Source: Ignavibacteria bacterium (GTDB taxonomy: Bacteria > Bacteroidota > Ignavibacteria > Tepidaquicellales > OLB5). From it: a stretch of 64,000 nucleotides of DNA. The stretch spans positions 1,204,488 to 1,268,487 of the forward strand of contig JAFLBX010000002.1 in the NCBI GenBank assembly GCA_017303675.1, read 5' to 3'. The notes below the pieces were generated by a model. The model was given only the letters and a program-made list of their open reading frames with translations. It made no database searches and was not told the origin of the DNA. Positions 1-9,455 of the stretch are shown here, in pieces; position 1 is the stretch's first letter, and the number at the start of each line of letters is the position of its first letter. The position numbers and the translations under genes were made by a program.

Positions 1-1358
1 GTGTCAGTAGCAATTCTGACCCTGTAAGATGAAGCAATAGTTATTGTATCCCATCTTAAAACAGGCGTGATATTAACTGTAGAATTATTAGCAGGCAGTA
101 ACAGATTCGGCGCGTAAACTTCTGGCAAAGCTGTTCTGAAATTGCGAACGCTTGACCAGCTTGCACTTTCACCCACCTGGTTGGTAGCTCTGATACGCCA
201 GTAATATTGAGTGTTGTATGCAAGAACTCCCGGAGGCATAACATATTGTGAAACATTTATACCTGCAACATTATAAACTATATTCGTAAAGTTCTGGTCA
301 GTTGCTATCTGCAGCCTGTAATTACATACCGGCGGGAAAACATCAGACCAATCAAGAGTACCTGTAGTACTGAAACATGTTGCACCGTTTGAAGGAGCAC
401 TTAGTGATGCCGCACCCGGTAATAACCAGCCCCCTGTTGTGGTTTTAATGATCGTTCCGTTTATTCCAACAGCCCAGCCTATACTTGTATCTACAAATGA
501 TACGGCAGTTAACATACTAGATGTATTGCTAGTCTGGCTGTACCAGTTGGTACCACCGTTGGAAGTTTTCCTGATAGTACCGTAATCACCTACGAGTACA
601 TAAAAATTCTGATTCTTTACAGAATTAGCCATAAGCCAGTTACTTGTTCCGCTGGACTGGCCACTCCATGTGTTGCCAAGGTTAGTTGATTTACGAATAA
701 ATCCGCCTTCACCAATTATAACGGCTTCATTAGTTGCCGTAAAGTTTACCATTTCAATTTGTGATGATGTACCGCTTGAGATCTCAGACCAGTTAACACC
801 GCCGTTTGTAGTTCTTATAAGCTTGCCGAACTGCCCTGCTGCAAACCCATTACTTGCATCTGCAAAGCTTACGCTTGTCAGGTTTGTTGTTAAACCGGTT
901 GAGTAAGAAACCCAGTTAGTTCCGGCATTGGTGGTACGAAGGAAAGTACCATACCATCCTGCTGCAAAGCCGGTGGCTGAGTTAATAAAGCTTACTGAAC
1001 GAAGCTGGTACCCCACACCTGTCGGCTGATTGTTCCAGCTTGAGCCTCCGTTGGTTGTGCGCAGAATAACACCCACATCTCCAACAACCCAGCCGGTATT
1101 TCCGTTAATGAAATATACAGCGAACAAATGGACATTTGTACCGCTGGATACTGCAGCCCAGTTCGTACCACCATTGGTGGTTCGCAGAATTGTACCGGAT
1201 TGACCTACAATAATTCCGGTTGATGCGCTGGCAAAATAAACTCCGTTTAAATTATTACTTGTTCCGCTAGTCTGCGTGAACCATCCGTAAGGCTGAGAAT
1301 AAAGTTTAACACATGCTAAAATAAAAAAAACTAAAACAAAGATTGTAGACTTTTTCAT
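1..1358 (-). CDS. Secreted Ycf48/BNR-like seven-bladed beta-propeller protein followed by an FN3-like region (N-terminal part; gene continues past the left edge)
   Basis: Own translation from ATG at 1358-1356 gives signal peptide MKKSTIFVLVFFILACVKLYSQ, then seven repeats of the pattern G.I(L/I)RTTNGG.NW. Spot-translated segments (about 1358-900, 900-661, 300-1) are in one frame with no stop down to position 1; the stretch in between was not re-checked. It is missing from the ORF track only because no stop codon lies in the window. Confidence 0.7.
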   Translation of the reverse strand, partial: MKKSTIFVLVFFILACVKLYSQPYGWFTQTSGTSNNLNGVYFASASTGIIVGQSGTILRTTNGGTNWAAVSSGTNVHLFAVYFINGNTGWVVGDVGVILRTTNGGSSWNNQPTGVGYQLRSVSFINSATGFAAGWYGTFLRTTNAGTNWVSYSTGLTTNLTSVSFADASNGFAAGQFGKLIRTTNGGVNWSEISSGTSSQIEMVNFTATNEAVIIGEGGFIRKSTNLGNTWSGQSSGTSNWLMANSVKNQNFYVLVGDYGTIRKTSNGGTNWYSQTSNTSSMLTAVSFVDTSIGWAVGINGTIIKTTTGGWLLPGAASLSAPSNGATCFSTTGTLDWSDVFPPVCNYRLQIATDQNFTNIVYNVAGINVSQYVMPPGVLAYNTQYYWRIRATNQVGESASWSSVRNFRTALPEVYAPNLLLPANNSTVNITPVLRWDTITIASSYRVRIATD

Positions 1359-1583
1359 AAAATTTCTCCCCCTATAAAGAAATTTATACTGATTATTACT
1401 ACTGAATAATACTATACTAAGTAACGTTATTCACTAACTGATTTATGTAAACATAATATTTTATGTATCAGATAGCAACAGTTTACCCTAGCTTTTTTCG
1501 TGATTTATTTCAAATGACAGTTTTACGGTAGAAATTCAAATAAGAGTTAAATTCGAAAGAAACATGTTTAATTTGGAAGTGGG

Positions 1584-1622
1584 AAAAAAAATAAAAAACC
1601 CGTTGAAAATATTCAACGGGTT
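1584..1622 (-). terminator. Rho-independent terminator downstream of folP
   Basis: Hairpin AACCCGTTG-AAAATATT-CAACGGGTT at 1597-1622. On the minus strand it is followed by a long T-run (complement of the A-run at 1584-1598). Confidence 0.7.
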
Positions 1623-1646
1623 AGTTATCTGAATTTAAATATACTA

Positions 1647-2489
1647 CTATGCTTTTCTGTATGCGTCAATGATTCTTGCTGTTCTAACTCCTTCTTTTAC
1701 ATCATGTACCCTGATAATATGAGCACCGTTCAATACTCCAATTGTATTGAGCGTAATAGTACCTTCGTGCCTGTCATTAACATCCTCGTTATCAAGTATC
1801 TTGGCAATCATGCTTTTCCTTGAAACACCTATCATTATAGGAGTATCAAGTCTTTTTAAGTCACTCAGATTTTTAAGTATCTGCAGATTATGTTCAACCG
1901 TTTTACCGAAACAAATTCCCGGATCGATAATTACCTGTTTAATACCAGCTACATTTGCTTTCCATGCAACATTTTCAAAATAAGTTATTATCTCAGCCAT
2001 AAGGTCATCATACTTTGGGTCATTCTGCATATCTTTAGGTGTACCTTTGATGTGCATCGCAATTGCTGAGGCTTTATGCTTTGCAATTGTTTCAGCCATA
2101 ACGCTTTCAAACCCGAATGCGCTGATATCATTTACAATTAACGCGCCTGCTTTCAGAGCCTCATCTGCGACTTCAGCGCGATAGGTATCAACACTTATGG
2201 GAATGCTTACCTCTTTTGCAAGTGCTGTTATCACAGGTAAGACCCTTTTTAATTCTTCTTCAGCGGATACTTCATCTGCACCGGGTCGAGTGGAAGCCCC
2301 GCCAACTTCGATAAAATCAGCGCCAAGCTTTTCCATTTCTTTGCCATGAGCGATTGCTGCTGCAGGATCCATAAATTTTCCGCCATCGCTGAATGAATCA
2401 GGTGTAACATTTATAACACCCATTACATGGGTCCTTGCGCTCAGATCGTAAACTTTTTTACCGAATGTATATGAATAATTATCGTTCAT
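1647..2489 (-). CDS. folP: Dihydropteroate synthase
   Basis: 280-aa ORF with the pterin-binding signature GVINVTPDSFSDGG near the N-terminus and DHPS-typical length and layout. Confidence 0.95.
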   Translation of the reverse strand: MNDNYSYTFGKKVYDLSARTHVMGVINVTPDSFSDGGKFMDPAAAIAHGKEMEKLGADFIEVGGASTRPGADEVSAEEELKRVLPVITALAKEVSIPISVDTYRAEVADEALKAGALIVNDISAFGFESVMAETIAKHKASAIAMHIKGTPKDMQNDPKYDDLMAEIITYFENVAWKANVAGIKQVIIDPGICFGKTVEHNLQILKNLSDLKRLDTPIMIGVSRKSMIAKILDNEDVNDRHEGTITLNTIGVLNGAHIIRVHDVKEGVRTARIIDAYRKA

Positions 2490-2517
2490 TAAATGATTTT
2501 ATATTTAGATTATTGTA

Positions 2518-4179
2518 TTAATTTTCAATTTCAGTATCTTCAATTTTTGTAAATAAAATTTCCGGTTTGTTCAGCTTATGGCCGCCTTTAAGAAGCATTT
2601 CATATGAGCTGTTCCAGCTGTTACCTTCAGGAGATATATTCAGCATTCTGAACAGCTTTTCTGATGCAAAAGGCAAAACCGGGTTGAATAAAACGGCAAA
2701 TGCTCTGCAAAGCTGAAGGCAGGTATTTATAATTGTACCGCATCTTGTTTTATCATCTTTAATTACCTTCCATGGCTCTGTATCATTAAAATACTTATTC
2801 GCTTCGCGGACAAGATTCATAGTTTCACTTACTGCGTCCTTAAATTTGTAATTTTCATAATAAGATGCAATACTTGATGTATATGATTTTATGCTGTTTA
2901 TAATATTACTGTCAATTTCTTTGTATTCACCGGCTTCAGGAACTACTCCTTCAAAGTATTTTTCCGCGAATACGAATGTACGGTTAACAAAATTTCCGAG
3001 AATTGCACCAAGCTCGTTGTTATTTTTAGCCTGCAGGTCTTTCCAGTAGAAATCGGAATCTTTATTCTCAGGCAGGCTTGTTGCAAGAGCGTACCTGACG
3101 CTATCGGGGTTATATTTACCAACAGCATAAGCTACATCTATCGAGTGTCCCCTGCTTTTTGAAAGCTTGCCGCCTTCAAAATTGAGGAATTCATTCGCCG
3201 GAACGTTATCTGGAAGAATAAGATCACCATGCGCCATTATCATGGCCGGAAAAAAAATAGCGTGAAATATAATATTATCCTTACCAACAAAGTGAACAAG
3301 CATAGTATCATCCTTACACCAGTAATCTTTCCATTTTTCAGGAGTACCCAGTTCTTCAAAATATTCCTTTGTGATAGATATATAACCTATAGGCGCTTCG
3401 AACCAGACATAAATCACTTTGCCATCGTTTCCTTCAACGGGTACAGGAACTCCCCATGCCATATCACGTGTAATTGCCCTGTCATGAAGTCCCGTTTTAA
3501 ACCAGCCATTGCAGTAATTCACAACATTTGGCTTCCATTCACCGTGTGAAGCAATCCATTCCTTTAATCTATCCTGGAACTTTGACAGCGGGAAAAAGTA
3601 ATGAGTTGATTCTTTTACAACAGGTGTATCACCAGTAATTTTGGAACGCGGATTAATGAGCTCCAGCGGTGAAAGCGCGCTTCCGCAATTTTCGCATTCA
3701 TCTCCCCTGGCTTCTTCGAAGCCGCAGACCGGACATGTGCCGATTACATAACGGTCAGCCAGAAAGCGCTGTTCCTTTTCGGAATAAAGCTGCTTTTCAG
3801 TTTTTTTGTAAAGAAGATCTTTACTGTAAAGATTAAGGAAAAAATCCTGTGCGGTTTTTTTATGCATTTCTGTTGAAGTACGGGAATAAATATCAAATGC
3901 GATACCCAGATCTTCAAAAGCCTTTTTATTGGCAAAGTGATACTTATCAATTATCTCTTTTGGTGAAACACCTTCCTGCAGCGCAGACATTTCAATGGCT
4001 GTGCCGTGTTCATCGGAGCCGCAGATGAAAACTACATCTCTGCCTGCAGCCCGTAAATAACGGACATACATATCCGGCGGAAGGTATGCTCCCGCTATGT
4101 GCCCTAAATGGATATTTCCGTTGGTATAAGGTAAAGCAGCTGTAACTAAGATCCTGTTGTATTTTGTTGATTTTTCCAT
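2518..4179 (-). CDS. metG: Methionine--tRNA ligase (short form without C-terminal tRNA-binding appendix)
   Basis: 553 aa. HIGH-type motif (NIHLGH), KMSKS-type motif (KLSKS) and Zn knuckles CPVCG...CENCG, as in MetRS. Confidence 0.95.
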   Translation of the reverse strand: MEKSTKYNRILVTAALPYTNGNIHLGHIAGAYLPPDMYVRYLRAAGRDVVFICGSDEHGTAIEMSALQEGVSPKEIIDKYHFANKKAFEDLGIAFDIYSRTSTEMHKKTAQDFFLNLYSKDLLYKKTEKQLYSEKEQRFLADRYVIGTCPVCGFEEARGDECENCGSALSPLELINPRSKITGDTPVVKESTHYFFPLSKFQDRLKEWIASHGEWKPNVVNYCNGWFKTGLHDRAITRDMAWGVPVPVEGNDGKVIYVWFEAPIGYISITKEYFEELGTPEKWKDYWCKDDTMLVHFVGKDNIIFHAIFFPAMIMAHGDLILPDNVPANEFLNFEGGKLSKSRGHSIDVAYAVGKYNPDSVRYALATSLPENKDSDFYWKDLQAKNNNELGAILGNFVNRTFVFAEKYFEGVVPEAGEYKEIDSNIINSIKSYTSSIASYYENYKFKDAVSETMNLVREANKYFNDTEPWKVIKDDKTRCGTIINTCLQLCRAFAVLFNPVLPFASEKLFRMLNISPEGNSWNSSYEMLLKGGHKLNKPEILFTKIEDTEIEN

Positions 4180-4210
4180 AATAATCTACAAATATACCCA
4201 TCATAAAAAT

Positions 4211-4237
4211 AAAAAGCCTGCCATAAATACGGCAGGC
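4211..4237 (-). terminator. Terminator hairpin between the sugar dehydrogenase gene and metG
   Basis: GCCTGCC-ATAAATAC-GGCAGGC at 4216-4237, followed by a T-run on the minus strand. Confidence 0.6.
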
Positions 4238-4288
4238 GGTTTTAAACATTAAAACAGAAGATTCCTGCTTCCGCAATAACGACAAATT

Positions 4289-5647
4289 TTATTTCACCAA
4301 TACCATTTTTTTTCTTTCTGTAAATTCACCCGCACTCAGCTCATAAAAATATACACCGCTTGGGAAATTGGTGCCATCCCAATTAACATCATAACTGCCC
4401 TGCTTTTTGTTTTCATTAACAATGGTACTAATTTGTACTCCAAGTGAATTATAAATCTTCACTGTAACAAATGAACTCACAGGAATTTCATACTTGATAT
4501 TTGTTACAGGATTAAACGGGTTAGGATAGTTTTGTGAAAGTGAAAAGTTTATTATATAGTTATTATTGCCAATTGAAGTTATATAAGGCTTGACCCTGAT
4601 AAAAGTGCCTTCATTTGTAAAACCATAATTAAGAACATATATATTTCCGTCCGTCCCCTGTGAAACAGAAACAGGCCTGCCTGTAGCAGCCCAGGGAGTT
4701 ATGTATTCAATAGAATCAAGTGAAGAATTTAAAGTGGCTGTATATAACGATTGAAAGCTATAGCTGCCGAATATCACTTTACCGGAAAGCGTGGGGAACT
4801 GTGTACCATTATATATAATTATACCTGTAGGCACGTAAGCATTCAATGCGAACATCGGCTGTTTCAATGAATCAATGTAAGGTGAGCAATACCCCTGGCA
4901 AACAGGCCAGCCGTAATTTTTCCCTTTTCTGATGAAATTCAGCTCATCTACTGAGCTTCCGTTTTCCGTTGAATATAAAGAATCATTAAAAGGACTGAAA
5001 CAAAAATCAAAGGTATTTCTTAAGCCGCGAGCCCATATCCTGTCATCACTTCCGGTCAAAGGATTACCATCATCATAAAACGGATTGTTGACAGGTATAG
5101 TACCGTCCCTGTTTATTCTTAGTATCTTACCACGCGGAGAGTTCAAAAGCTGCGCATCATTGTTATTGCTGCCGGTACCTACAGAAACATATAATTTATC
5201 ATCAGCTCCAAAGTGCATATTTCCCCCGTAATGAATTCCCGATTGAGCCTGCAGAATATTGAGTATTATTACCGGTGATGTACCGGTATTATTATTTTCT
5301 GTGAACCTTATCACCCTTATTGATGGCGGCGAGAGATGTGTATAATAAACATATACGTAATGGTTTGAGTTAAAGCCGGGGTCAGTACAGACACCCAGCA
5401 CTCCGCTTTCCTGGCCGGAAAAATAAAGTGAATCTCTGAAATTCCAGAAGGTTTTAATGAAGGAACCGTTTTGATTATATACTCTTACCGTACTGTCTTT
5501 TAAAGTTATTAACAATTTATCTGAATCCATAAAGGAAAATGCAACAGGTTTTGGGAGTCCTGTGATCAGGGTATCGATAGAATATGACTGCGAAAAAACA
5601 CAGTAATGAATAAATAAAAGAAATATTCCGTGAAAAATTTTTGGCAT
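4289..5647 (-). CDS. PQQ-dependent sugar (glucose/sorbosone-type) dehydrogenase beta-propeller with T9SS type-A C-terminal sorting domain
   Basis: 452 aa with a signal peptide and the NYGWP motif typical of soluble sorbosone/glucose dehydrogenases. The C-terminus QNYPNPFNP...SGVYFYEL...KKMVLVK is a T9SS sorting domain. Confidence 0.8.
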   Translation of the reverse strand: MPKIFHGIFLLFIHYCVFSQSYSIDTLITGLPKPVAFSFMDSDKLLITLKDSTVRVYNQNGSFIKTFWNFRDSLYFSGQESGVLGVCTDPGFNSNHYVYVYYTHLSPPSIRVIRFTENNNTGTSPVIILNILQAQSGIHYGGNMHFGADDKLYVSVGTGSNNNDAQLLNSPRGKILRINRDGTIPVNNPFYDDGNPLTGSDDRIWARGLRNTFDFCFSPFNDSLYSTENGSSVDELNFIRKGKNYGWPVCQGYCSPYIDSLKQPMFALNAYVPTGIIIYNGTQFPTLSGKVIFGSYSFQSLYTATLNSSLDSIEYITPWAATGRPVSVSQGTDGNIYVLNYGFTNEGTFIRVKPYITSIGNNNYIINFSLSQNYPNPFNPVTNIKYEIPVSSFVTVKIYNSLGVQISTIVNENKKQGSYDVNWDGTNFPSGVYFYELSAGEFTERKKMVLVK

Positions 5648-5687
5648 ATAGATAAATAATTCGGATAAAATACAGATTATTTATTAA

Positions 5688-5723
5688 TAAAAAAAGCGTT
5701 CAAAGGGATTGAACGCTTTTTTG
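5688..5723 (-). terminator. Terminator between the two dehydrogenase paralogs
   Basis: AGCGTTCAA-AGGGA-TTGAACGCT at 5695-5717, flanked by A- and T-runs. Confidence 0.7.
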
Positions 5724-5758
5724 TTTAGTAGCTTATAATTACTACTTATACTTACAAA

Positions 5759-7198
5759 TTATTTTACCAGCACCATTTTCTTTTCAACAGACTGGCTGCC
5801 ATTAATTGTCATCTTATAGAAATAAACACCGCTTGGCATATTAAGCGCATTCCATTCAATTGAATACCTGCCTGCAGCTTTGGTTTCATTAAGCAGCACG
5901 GATACTTCTTTTCCTGTCATATCATATACAGCGATATTAACAAATGCATTATCACCAATATTGAAGTTAATGCTTGTTGCGGGATTGAACGGATTCGGGT
6001 AGTTCTGTTCCAGTGAAAATCCGGCAGGCAATTCATTTGAATTGCCGTTTATGCCTATTAAAGCATCCTGCAGCTTAAAAATAGTACCGCTTGAACCTAC
6101 AATATATAGTTCATTATTCTGGTCAACACCAAAAGAAGGAACACCCTGAGGAGCAATACCTATTATTGAATTATCACTTACTGTTCCGCCGTTCAGCAAT
6201 AATTTCCATACTTTTCTGCTGCCGTAATCTGCATAAATATATCTTCCTACCAGCCAGGGAACTCTGGACCCGCGGTAAACGTAACCGCCGGTAATGGATA
6301 TATCAGAACCCGAGTTGGGATATGTAGCTATCGGGAAAGTATAAGTACCTATAGCCTGGCAGCCGCTGGTATTATAAGGCTGATTGCCCTCATAACATCT
6401 CCACCCGTAATTTTTACCTACTGCCAGAGTATCCACTTCTTCAACGGCATCCTGGCCAACATCACCGCAGTAAATTGTGCCTGTAACTGCATCTCGTGAA
6501 AAACGCCATGGATTTCTCATACCAGTAGCATAAATTTCCGGCGCTCCGCCGCCTGTTGCAAACGGATTTGTAGGCGGAATGCTGTAATTGTTTCCGCCGC
6601 TGGGAGTGTTAACATCAATTCTTAATATTTTACCTAATAGTGAATTTACATTCTGCGCATTATTGTTCGGGTCACCGCCTGAGCCGCCGTCACCTGTCCC
6701 GATGTAAAGGTTACCTTCTCCGCCAAACATCAGGCATCCGCCGTTATGATTGGTATATGTGGGATGCAGTATAGTAAGCATGTTAAGCTCGCTTAATGAA
6801 TCAGCTTTATTCGGGTTACCTGACTGGGTTGTGAACCTTGAGATCCTTAACGCTCCATCGCTTGAGCGGGTATAGTAAATATAAAAATACCTGTTTGATG
6901 TATAATTGGGATGGAATGCTAACCCGAGCAAGCCTCTTTCATTTCCGGACTGGCTTACTAAGTTGGTTACATCCAAAAATGTCTGCACATTTGTTGTCAT
7001 TGAATCATTCGGGAAAACTCTGATAAGTCCGCGCTGCTGAACAACAAATATGCGGTTTGTTCCATCACCGGAATGAGTTAAAAACAAAGGAAGCGAAAAG
7101 GAAAGATTCGGGAACGCATTCACAAAGTTTACCTGAGAGTAAACCTGCGCCGCCGCGAAAAACAACAGGATAAGCAGTAATTTAATATTTTTTATCAT
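5759..7198 (-). CDS. PQQ-dependent sugar dehydrogenase beta-propeller with T9SS type-A C-terminal sorting domain (paralog of 4289..5647)
   Basis: 479 aa with a signal peptide, HNGG and NYGWR motifs, and the C-terminus EQNYPNPFNP...SGVYFYKM...KKMVLVK. Confidence 0.85.
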   Translation of the reverse strand: MIKNIKLLLILLFFAAAQVYSQVNFVNAFPNLSFSLPLFLTHSGDGTNRIFVVQQRGLIRVFPNDSMTTNVQTFLDVTNLVSQSGNERGLLGLAFHPNYTSNRYFYIYYTRSSDGALRISRFTTQSGNPNKADSLSELNMLTILHPTYTNHNGGCLMFGGEGNLYIGTGDGGSGGDPNNNAQNVNSLLGKILRIDVNTPSGGNNYSIPPTNPFATGGGAPEIYATGMRNPWRFSRDAVTGTIYCGDVGQDAVEEVDTLAVGKNYGWRCYEGNQPYNTSGCQAIGTYTFPIATYPNSGSDISITGGYVYRGSRVPWLVGRYIYADYGSRKVWKLLLNGGTVSDNSIIGIAPQGVPSFGVDQNNELYIVGSSGTIFKLQDALIGINGNSNELPAGFSLEQNYPNPFNPATSINFNIGDNAFVNIAVYDMTGKEVSVLLNETKAAGRYSIEWNALNMPSGVYFYKMTINGSQSVEKKMVLVK

Positions 7199-7239
7199 TT
7201 AGTATAAATAGTTAATTAATTTGTTTTCAGAATAAAATT

Positions 7240-7953
7240 TTAGTTCCTTCTGCCCAGCAGCCTTAACAGGAAGAGGAACAGGTTAATGAAGTCAAGATAA
7301 AGTGTTAATGCACCCATGATGGATGCTTTTTTACCGTCTTCGGAAGCTGCGTCAATTCCGCCAGCCATATTTTTGATCTTCTGGGTATCGTAAGCCGTTA
7401 AGCCCACAAAAAGTACGACACCAACGAATGAAATAATCCAGCTCATCATGCTGCTGTTCAAGAACAGGTTAACAACCATGGCAACTATGAGTCCGATGAG
7501 AGCCATAGTCAAATATCCGCCGAACTTAGTAAGATCCATTTTAGTAATGAACCCAAGAATACTTGTTCCGCCGAACATCATTGAGCAGATCAAAAATGTA
7601 GAAAATATTGATGCACCCGTATAAATTATAAAGATAGGTGAAAGTGTTACTCCGTTTAAGAACGAATAGAACAGGAATGCAAGTAGTCCCAAAATCGCAG
7701 GCATTTTATTTATCAGGAAAGAAAGCCCGAGTACAATAAGGAATTCAACTATCATTAATCCGTAGAATACATATATATACTCCGATATAAGATTAATAAA
7801 TTGTGTTTCAGAAAGTATTAAAAATGGTGCAACTGAAACACCAGCTGTAATAAAAAGACCCAAAGACATCCACATATATACCTTAAGTATGAATGTTCTG
7901 GCTGAATCCTGTGCCCCGGTATATGAATCCTGCATTACAGGAATTGGTTCCAT
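7240..7953 (-). CDS. Bax inhibitor-1/YccA family membrane protein
   Basis: 237 aa with about 7 hydrophobic helices and the characteristic YDTQKI motif before the last helices. Confidence 0.85.
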   Translation of the reverse strand: MEPIPVMQDSYTGAQDSARTFILKVYMWMSLGLFITAGVSVAPFLILSETQFINLISEYIYVFYGLMIVEFLIVLGLSFLINKMPAILGLLAFLFYSFLNGVTLSPIFIIYTGASIFSTFLICSMMFGGTSILGFITKMDLTKFGGYLTMALIGLIVAMVVNLFLNSSMMSWIISFVGVVLFVGLTAYDTQKIKNMAGGIDAASEDGKKASIMGALTLYLDFINLFLFLLRLLGRRN

Positions 7954-8081
7954 AATAAAAATCTCCTCTAAATTGATTTAAGACTGAAAATTATGTAGTA
8001 TTAATGACAAAATATAAATATTTTTAGTTATATAAAACTGCCATATTTATATTTAAAAAGTAGTAATTTCAGTTAATTATA

Positions 8082-9455
8082 GTGATAATATCTAAAATAA
8101 AAGATTTCTTTAAATCGTTCCGTAACAAAGTAATAGTAATTATTGCTTTAATTGCTGTAACAGGTTCTCTTCTGATTTCAAAATACATGCTTTCAGAAAG
8201 CACTGATCAAAAACCGAATTCTATTAATATTCCTGGTGAAAATAAACAGAATTCAAACGGCAAAATAGACCCTGAACATCTTAAAAGTTTTCTATCACAG
8301 GGAGTGGATTCAGTTTTAAGGAATTTCGGTGTAAAAAGTGAATGGGTAACTTTAAACAACGAAGAAAAACCACAGAAAAAACCTGCAAAAAATGAGTCTA
8401 AAGATGCATCACTGTTTTCTAAAAACATACTTATTCCAAATGATCTTACTTCAATAGAAGTAAATGCAGAACTTAACTCATTTTTTAATCATTATGGCTT
8501 TGTTACATCAGTTTACGAGGATATCATTACAAAAGATGTAATGATAAGTGTTAACGAAAAAGATACTACTTCCGGTAAATTGCCTCTTATAAAGTTAAAT
8601 ATAATTCACTCCGATAAAGTTCACAGGGAAAGCGCAATTGTTTGTGTAATAATCAATAATATCACTGATTATGAAAATGAAGAAATTGATAAGCTCCTTA
8701 TGAACAAGCAGGAGTTCAGCTTTGTATTCCCCCGGAACCTGGATGAAATAGACCTGCAGAACAAGTTGCTGCATCATAAAAAGGATGTGATAATCAATCT
8801 GACTGTTGGACAAAAAGAGAATTACGAAACTGATTTCAATGCTTCAATGGATGAAAAAGCAATTCGCGAGCGTGTTAAAAGCTTCAGTGTGGATTTCCCA
8901 ACCGTTACAACGGTTATATTAACAAGGAAAGATAACGATATAAATCCCGCATTTTTAACCATGGTTCAAAATGAGCTGAATTCATATAAGATCCGTGTCA
9001 TAAATGATCACGAGCTTTCAGCTCTTTTCAAAAAAGCCGAAGAAGAAGCCGAAGATAAATACGGCGCTTTTGCATCAAACCTAAGAACAAAAGGAAGTCT
9101 TGCAAAAAGTATAGTAACTTCAATTTCAGTAAATAAAGATGATTTTGAAAAATTTTATGATGAAGTACTAAAGCTGAAAAAGCTTGGTTACAAATTCTAT
9201 AACTTCGCTGAGTTTTCAGCCAAAAAAGATGCTTTTGAAAAAGCAGAAAACGAAAAGCAGGAAAAGATAAAAGAAGAACAGCAGAAGAAACTTAACGAAA
9301 AGAAAATTATTGAAAAAAAGCAAACTGATAAGAAAACAGAAAAGAAAACCGATATTAAGAAAAAGACTGACGTAAAGAAAAAAACTGATGTAAAAAAACC
9401 GGTTGATAAAAAGAAAACTGAACCTAAAAAGAAAAGTGATGTTAAGAAAAAATAG
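8082..9455 (+). CDS. Membrane-anchored protein with a YibQ-like (divergent polysaccharide deacetylase) layout that lacks the expected catalytic residues, plus a Lys-rich repetitive tail
   Basis: GTG start and an N-terminal TM helix. The central region aligns block-wise by eye to E. coli YibQ (AIVCVIINN / HHKKDVIINLTV / PTVTTVILT / YKIRVIND), but the Asp/His positions are substituted. The C-terminus is KKTDVKKKTDVKK-type repeats. Confidence 0.4.
   Translation: MIISKIKDFFKSFRNKVIVIIALIAVTGSLLISKYMLSESTDQKPNSINIPGENKQNSNGKIDPEHLKSFLSQGVDSVLRNFGVKSEWVTLNNEEKPQKKPAKNESKDASLFSKNILIPNDLTSIEVNAELNSFFNHYGFVTSVYEDIITKDVMISVNEKDTTSGKLPLIKLNIIHSDKVHRESAIVCVIINNITDYENEEIDKLLMNKQEFSFVFPRNLDEIDLQNKLLHHKKDVIINLTVGQKENYETDFNASMDEKAIRERVKSFSVDFPTVTTVILTRKDNDINPAFLTMVQNELNSYKIRVINDHELSALFKKAEEEAEDKYGAFASNLRTKGSLAKSIVTSISVNKDDFEKFYDEVLKLKKLGYKFYNFAEFSAKKDAFEKAENEKQEKIKEEQQKKLNEKKIIEKKQTDKKTEKKTDIKKKTDVKKKTDVKKPVDKKKTEPKKKSDVKKK

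Noticed and set aside
9403-9438. Track start (ATG 9403) for the HEAT-cyclophilin gene
   Set aside because: The ATG at 9439 gives a standard signal peptide, whereas the upstream 12 codons lie inside the K-rich tail of the previous gene. The upstream start is kept only as an alternative.
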